Under the pieces are notes generated by a model. It saw only the letters and a program-made list of their open reading frames with translations, was not told the DNA's origin and did not search any database. A DNA stretch of 64,000 nt, taken from the NCBI GenBank assembly GCA_019057795.1, contig JAHLWS010000026.1, positions 61,461-125,460 of the forward strand, written 5' to 3'. The position numbers were made by a program, and so were the translations under genes. The DNA is from Promethearchaeota archaeon. Lineage in GTDB: Archaea; Asgardarchaeota; Lokiarchaeia; Sigyniarchaeales; SOKP01. Positions 60,212 through 64,000 of the stretch are shown here, piece by piece. Each line of letters opens with the position of its first letter. Position 1 is the stretch's first letter.

Positions 60212-61171
60212 TTAAGTATGTTTTAATTTTTCTAGAATCGCCTCAATAGGATATAGATTTTTAGCTTTTAAATGAGCCTCTGTAGAGTAAATAGTTATAT
60301 CAAGTTTAGCTAACTTTATTAAAACTTTAGAAAAAGTCTTAGCATCTACCCACCAGGATTCAGCTTCTCCTATTTTTGCAAGATGTAAGATATCTAAATT
60401 TTTGAATATCTCCCAAAAAATGTTTCTAATAAAATAGCTCTCCTTTTTATCAATTCTAGTTTTAGCAACTATAGGATCTAATGGTTGTACATTAACATAA
60501 ATTATCTTTTTTTTATTTATTTTGCATTTAAGTTTATATATTTTATCTAATTTCACTTTAATTGGAAATTCCTCATCCATTATATCCTCAACATAATGAT
60601 ATTGAGCGTTTGGACTTAAAGAGATTCCAATTCCTAAAAATTTTCCATTTAATTCAAGAATTTTTGCCCAAGGCGAATGTTCTCCAAAGCTTTTTCTCCC
60701 AATATGATGTTCTTCGGTAATACATTTCGCATGTTTACCAATAGCGGAAACAGAATGAGTTGGATGAATACTACGATAGATTCCCTTCATTTTCAAAATT
60801 TCTGATGGTACTGCACCAAGATTAGTTGGTTTTTTCAGATTAAAAGAATATTTCTTGTTTATACATGTTTTATACATGGTGCTATCCATTGTATAAGTAG
60901 GAATGACTAATGTTCCTTCTTCTCCTATAACATTTAAAATAGCTCTTAAAAGAGTTTTAGGTCCATTTTTAACGTATCCAATCTTACTCAAGGAACTGTG
61001 TATCATTAAAGTATCTCCGTTTTTAATACCAAAATCCTTTAAATCTGATATTAATTGAGAGAGACTAATCCGTGTACTCGTTTTCTTTATGTAATATTTA
61101 TTTACTATAGAACGAATTCTATTAGATATGTATCTTAAAATCCTTTTTATTTCACTTAATAGTAAAACCAT
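60212..61171 (-). CDS. AAC(3)/Antibiotic_NAT family N-acetyltransferase
   Basis: GDTLMIHSSL, GTLVIPT, RSIHPTHS, SPW, H..E. Confidence 0.92.
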   Translation of the reverse strand: MVLLLSEIKRILRYISNRIRSIVNKYYIKKTSTRISLSQLISDLKDFGIKNGDTLMIHSSLSKIGYVKNGPKTLLRAILNVIGEEGTLVIPTYTMDSTMYKTCINKKYSFNLKKPTNLGAVPSEILKMKGIYRSIHPTHSVSAIGKHAKCITEEHHIGRKSFGEHSPWAKILELNGKFLGIGISLSPNAQYHYVEDIMDEEFPIKVKLDKIYKLKCKINKKKIIYVNVQPLDPIVAKTRIDKKESYFIRNIFWEIFKNLDILHLAKIGEAESWWVDAKTFSKVLIKLAKLDITIYSTEAHLKAKNLYPIEAILEKLKHT

Positions 61172-61265
61172 TATAAATTTTTTTTTTGAATTTATTTTAT
61201 GAACTTATAATATCTTTTTAGTGATGTATGATATTTTAATAAACAACTATTCGAATATTTAATAA

Positions 61266-63341
61266 ATGCAAATGACTAAGTTAATATTTTACATTTTGTT
61301 TAAATTTTCTAAACTCACAAATTTATCTCATTTTTTATATAAATTCTATATAATTATATCAAAACCACTTTCTTTTTTATCAAAAATACTTAAAGCAAAA
61401 AAAAATAAAATTTTAGAAAATTCCAATTTATCTGAATCTTATTTTAGGAAGATATATCCCGAATTTGATGAGTATATTAATGATTTTAGAACAATTTTTA
61501 ATTCTAATACTCTTTTTTCCTTTACTTTAGATAAAGAACAAAATTTAATAAAAGAGCTAATTAATAAAGAATTCAAAGATTTTAAGGAATCACTTATAAT
61601 TAAAGCCAATGATATATTAAAAAATAAATTTTTAATTCTGGGAAAAAAGGTTAATTTTAATAAATCAATTGATTGGTTTTATAGTTTTTATGAAAATTTC
61701 GATTGGCCATTAATACAAATAAATCAGTTGAAAAAAATCATAAATAAAAAAGAAAAAGATGCCAAATATACCCTACGCTTGAATTATCATGAAGAACTTG
61801 TCATACTTGGGTTAGCATATTATCTGACAAATAATGAAATCTATGCTCTTAAATTTGAAAAGTTAATACTTGACTGGATAGAAAAGAATCCTCCAAATTT
61901 AGGAATAAATTGGATAGATTTACTAGAGATTTCTCATCGAGTAGTTAATTGGATCTTCTCGCTATTGCTTTTTGGTAAATCTTTATCTTTGAATAACAAT
62001 TCTCTAAAAAAAATTGCTAAGTCATTATATCATCAAGTGTATTATATTAAACTTCATAGTAATCCCTATTCTTACAATCATACCATTGGTGAGTATTTTG
62101 CTATATTTTTATTTTCAAAGATTTTTAATAAATTTAACTCAATTAATAATTGGTACTCTCAATCCTTGACTGTTCTAAACAAACAAATTAAAAAACAGAT
62201 TCAAGAAGATGGGGTTCACATTGAACAATCAACTCATTACCACCGTCTTGTTTTAGAAATATTTATTCTATTACTCATAATTGAACCGAAAATTCGTTCT
62301 TCTAATAATTTAAAACTAATTAAAAAAATGCTTATTTTTTTAAAATATGTGATAAAACCTGACGGCACAATTCCTCAGATTGGAGATTCTGATAATTCAC
62401 ATTTTCTCCCAGAAATTTTATTAAATGGAAAAAAATGGTTAAATTATACCATATTAAACCTTGGTGCTGCGTTTTTTGAAGATTCAGAGTTCAAAATAGT
62501 TGAAAATAATTCTGAATCTTTTATTATAGTATTATTATTAGGGAGTAGTAAGTTTCTTAAATTTAAAATGCTCAAAAAAGCGAACCTGCAAGAAAAAATC
62601 AAATATTTCGATCAATCTGGTTATCTGATCTGTAAAAATGAATTATCTAAAACTGCAAATTATTTATTCTTTGATATGGGAAATTTTGGACCTTATCCAT
62701 CTTCACATGATCATAGTGATATATCAAACCTAATTTATTCATTTAATGGAAATCCTATTTTGATTGATTCTGGAACCTATAAATATAATGAGTCGCAAAA
62801 AAGTAGAAACCTGTTTAGGTCTGGGAAAGCTCATAATATCATAGTGGTTAATAATTACAACCAAGCTAAAATAATAGATAAATGGACTTGGATTAATATA
62901 CCCAATATAAAAAGAAAGATTAGTTATCATAAAGATATAATTAAAGCTTCAATCTGTCATAAAGGTTACAAAAATTTCGTTTCTGAGAGAGAAATAGAAA
63001 CCACAAAAGATTTTTGCGATCTCAAAATTATAGATAAGATTTATCCTATTAAAACTCCTAGATTAAATTGGAAAGTTACATCGTATTTACATTTTCCCCC
63101 AAATGTAAAGCTAGAGATATTAAACAACAATATTATGATTAATTCAACAATATTTTTATCAGTTAAATGTGAAAATTCAATTTTAAAACTTATTAAGACT
63201 TCTTTTCTAACTTCTCCTTATTATGGTATATTGAAAAAATCGTTATTAATAGAATTTGTTATAATCAATAATTTCAATAATATTGAACCAATAAAGATCA
63301 TTTATCATTTTCATAAATCTGAGATTAATCGTTTGGAATGA
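61266..63341 (+). CDS. heparinase II/III family protein
   Basis: NW...E..HR, NH...E, DG.H.EQS..YH, H.H.D, LIDSGTY.Y, R...AHN. Confidence 0.9.
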   Translation: MQMTKLIFYILFKFSKLTNLSHFLYKFYIIISKPLSFLSKILKAKKNKILENSNLSESYFRKIYPEFDEYINDFRTIFNSNTLFSFTLDKEQNLIKELINKEFKDFKESLIIKANDILKNKFLILGKKVNFNKSIDWFYSFYENFDWPLIQINQLKKIINKKEKDAKYTLRLNYHEELVILGLAYYLTNNEIYALKFEKLILDWIEKNPPNLGINWIDLLEISHRVVNWIFSLLLFGKSLSLNNNSLKKIAKSLYHQVYYIKLHSNPYSYNHTIGEYFAIFLFSKIFNKFNSINNWYSQSLTVLNKQIKKQIQEDGVHIEQSTHYHRLVLEIFILLLIIEPKIRSSNNLKLIKKMLIFLKYVIKPDGTIPQIGDSDNSHFLPEILLNGKKWLNYTILNLGAAFFEDSEFKIVENNSESFIIVLLLGSSKFLKFKMLKKANLQEKIKYFDQSGYLICKNELSKTANYLFFDMGNFGPYPSSHDHSDISNLIYSFNGNPILIDSGTYKYNESQKSRNLFRSGKAHNIIVVNNYNQAKIIDKWTWINIPNIKRKISYHKDIIKASICHKGYKNFVSEREIETTKDFCDLKIIDKIYPIKTPRLNWKVTSYLHFPPNVKLEILNNNIMINSTIFLSVKCENSILKLIKTSFLTSPYYGILKKSLLIEFVIINNFNNIEPIKIIYHFHKSEINRLE

Positions 63342-63545
63342 TTATTTTTCTTTGTTAGATAGAGAATTATTTATTTAATCGGGGAAATGTTAGATATGAA
63401 AACTAACTTTTAATACGCATCTAAAATAATCCTAATAGTTTCCGTTTAAAAGAAATTGTAATTAGACTCTTAACTAATGCTATGCTATAAAAAATATTCA
63501 AAATAATATTAAATTAAATAAATTCTTTTAATAAGTAGTTTCCAA

Positions 63546-63872
63546 ATGAAGGATACACATTTAGGTCCTATTGGAAAACCTTTAGGCGGTATTTCAGTAT
63601 ATCTATATAGGCTTTCCAAATTTGATAAAAAAGCTGACTTTATTAACTCTTTAAATCTTTTAGGTACAAGAAAATTTAAGTTTTGGTTCATTAAGCAAAT
63701 TTTTAGTAAGAAAAGAAAGAATTTTATCATACATTTACACTCTAACTATATAAAGCTATTGTTTTACTTTCTCTGCTTATTTACTCATCATAATTATTCC
63801 TTAGTTATACATAGTAATATATTCATTGATGAGTACAAAAAATCGAATCCAATTTTGCATTTTTTTTCTTAA
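63546..63872 (+). pseudogene. truncated GT4 glycosyltransferase (N-terminal 108 aa)
   Basis: GP...P.GG+S.Y..RL, IHLH, IHS typical of a GT4 N-terminus; ends where a convergent ORF ends. Confidence 0.6.
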
Positions 63873-64000
63873 TTTTTCATGAATAGACATTCTAATAATT
63901 CATCGGCTTTCTGTTTTAAATCTTGTAATTTTAAATTCCATTTTTCTAAATCGTGTATAATAAATCTGATACTATCTCTTGAAGTGCGCTCTGAACGGAT
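63869..64000 (-). CDS. C-terminus of a gene entering from the right edge (..IRSERTSRDSIRFIIHDLEKWNLKLQDLKQKADELLECLFMKN*)
   Basis: Open 44-codon frame from the window edge to TAA at 63869-63871; helical, protein-like. Confidence 0.5.
   Translation of the reverse strand: MRSERTSRDSIRFIIHDLEKWNLKLQDLKQKADELLECLFMKN

Larger units (their letters stand above)
26173..63872. other. AT-rich surface glycan biosynthesis/modification island
   Basis: Contiguous run of GT2/GT4, epimerase, flippase, methyl/acetyltransferase and GT-C-like genes; visibly lower GC than the region to the left. Confidence 0.85.

Noticed and set aside
60212-61171. Aminoglycoside resistance gene
   Set aside because: Family membership only; the context is glycan biosynthesis, so resistance is unsupported.
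3233-63730. Many 60-150 aa ORFs antisense to or nested in longer genes (e.g. 6519, 7920, 13121, 18953, 25493, 35350, 63509)
   Set aside because: They overlap well-supported genes and show no motifs.
1-64000. CRISPR array, rRNA, integrase or intact transposase
   Set aside because: No regularly spaced repeats, no long GC-rich RNA-like block and no such ORF seen.

Overview
AT-rich archaeal chromosome segment whose gene content (Rab-like and longin/Arf-like GTPases, roadblock protein, eukaryote-type E1 and E2, intron-containing tRNA) points to an Asgard archaeon, probably Lokiarchaeia; the taxon is an inference. The left ~26 kb is core-like and rich in eukaryotic-signature proteins. It holds a CoiA-like nuclease, a 1144-bp non-autonomous insertion cassette (24-bp TIRs, 8-bp target duplication, passenger membrane gene), a possible Whirly/PC4-fold protein, an HDAC, a PDCD5-like protein, a tRNA-Tyr(GTA) with two introns, an E2 and a UBA3-like E1. 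It continues with a subtilase, a 1641-aa protein of 14 MIT/TPR-like repeats, RACo, a Rab-like GTPase followed by a fragment of a paralog, an aspartokinase, and a roadblock + longin-GTPase-polyproline pair. The right ~38 kb (26.2-63.9 kb) is a visibly more AT-rich surface-glycan island: about 12 GT2/GT4-type glycosyltransferases, four GT-C-like polytopic proteins, a flippase, epimerases, methyl- and acetyltransferases and a heparinase II/III-like protein. It also shows gene-conversion tracts between GT paralogs, an IS630-like remnant and a truncated GT at the right edge. No rRNA or CRISPR array was seen.
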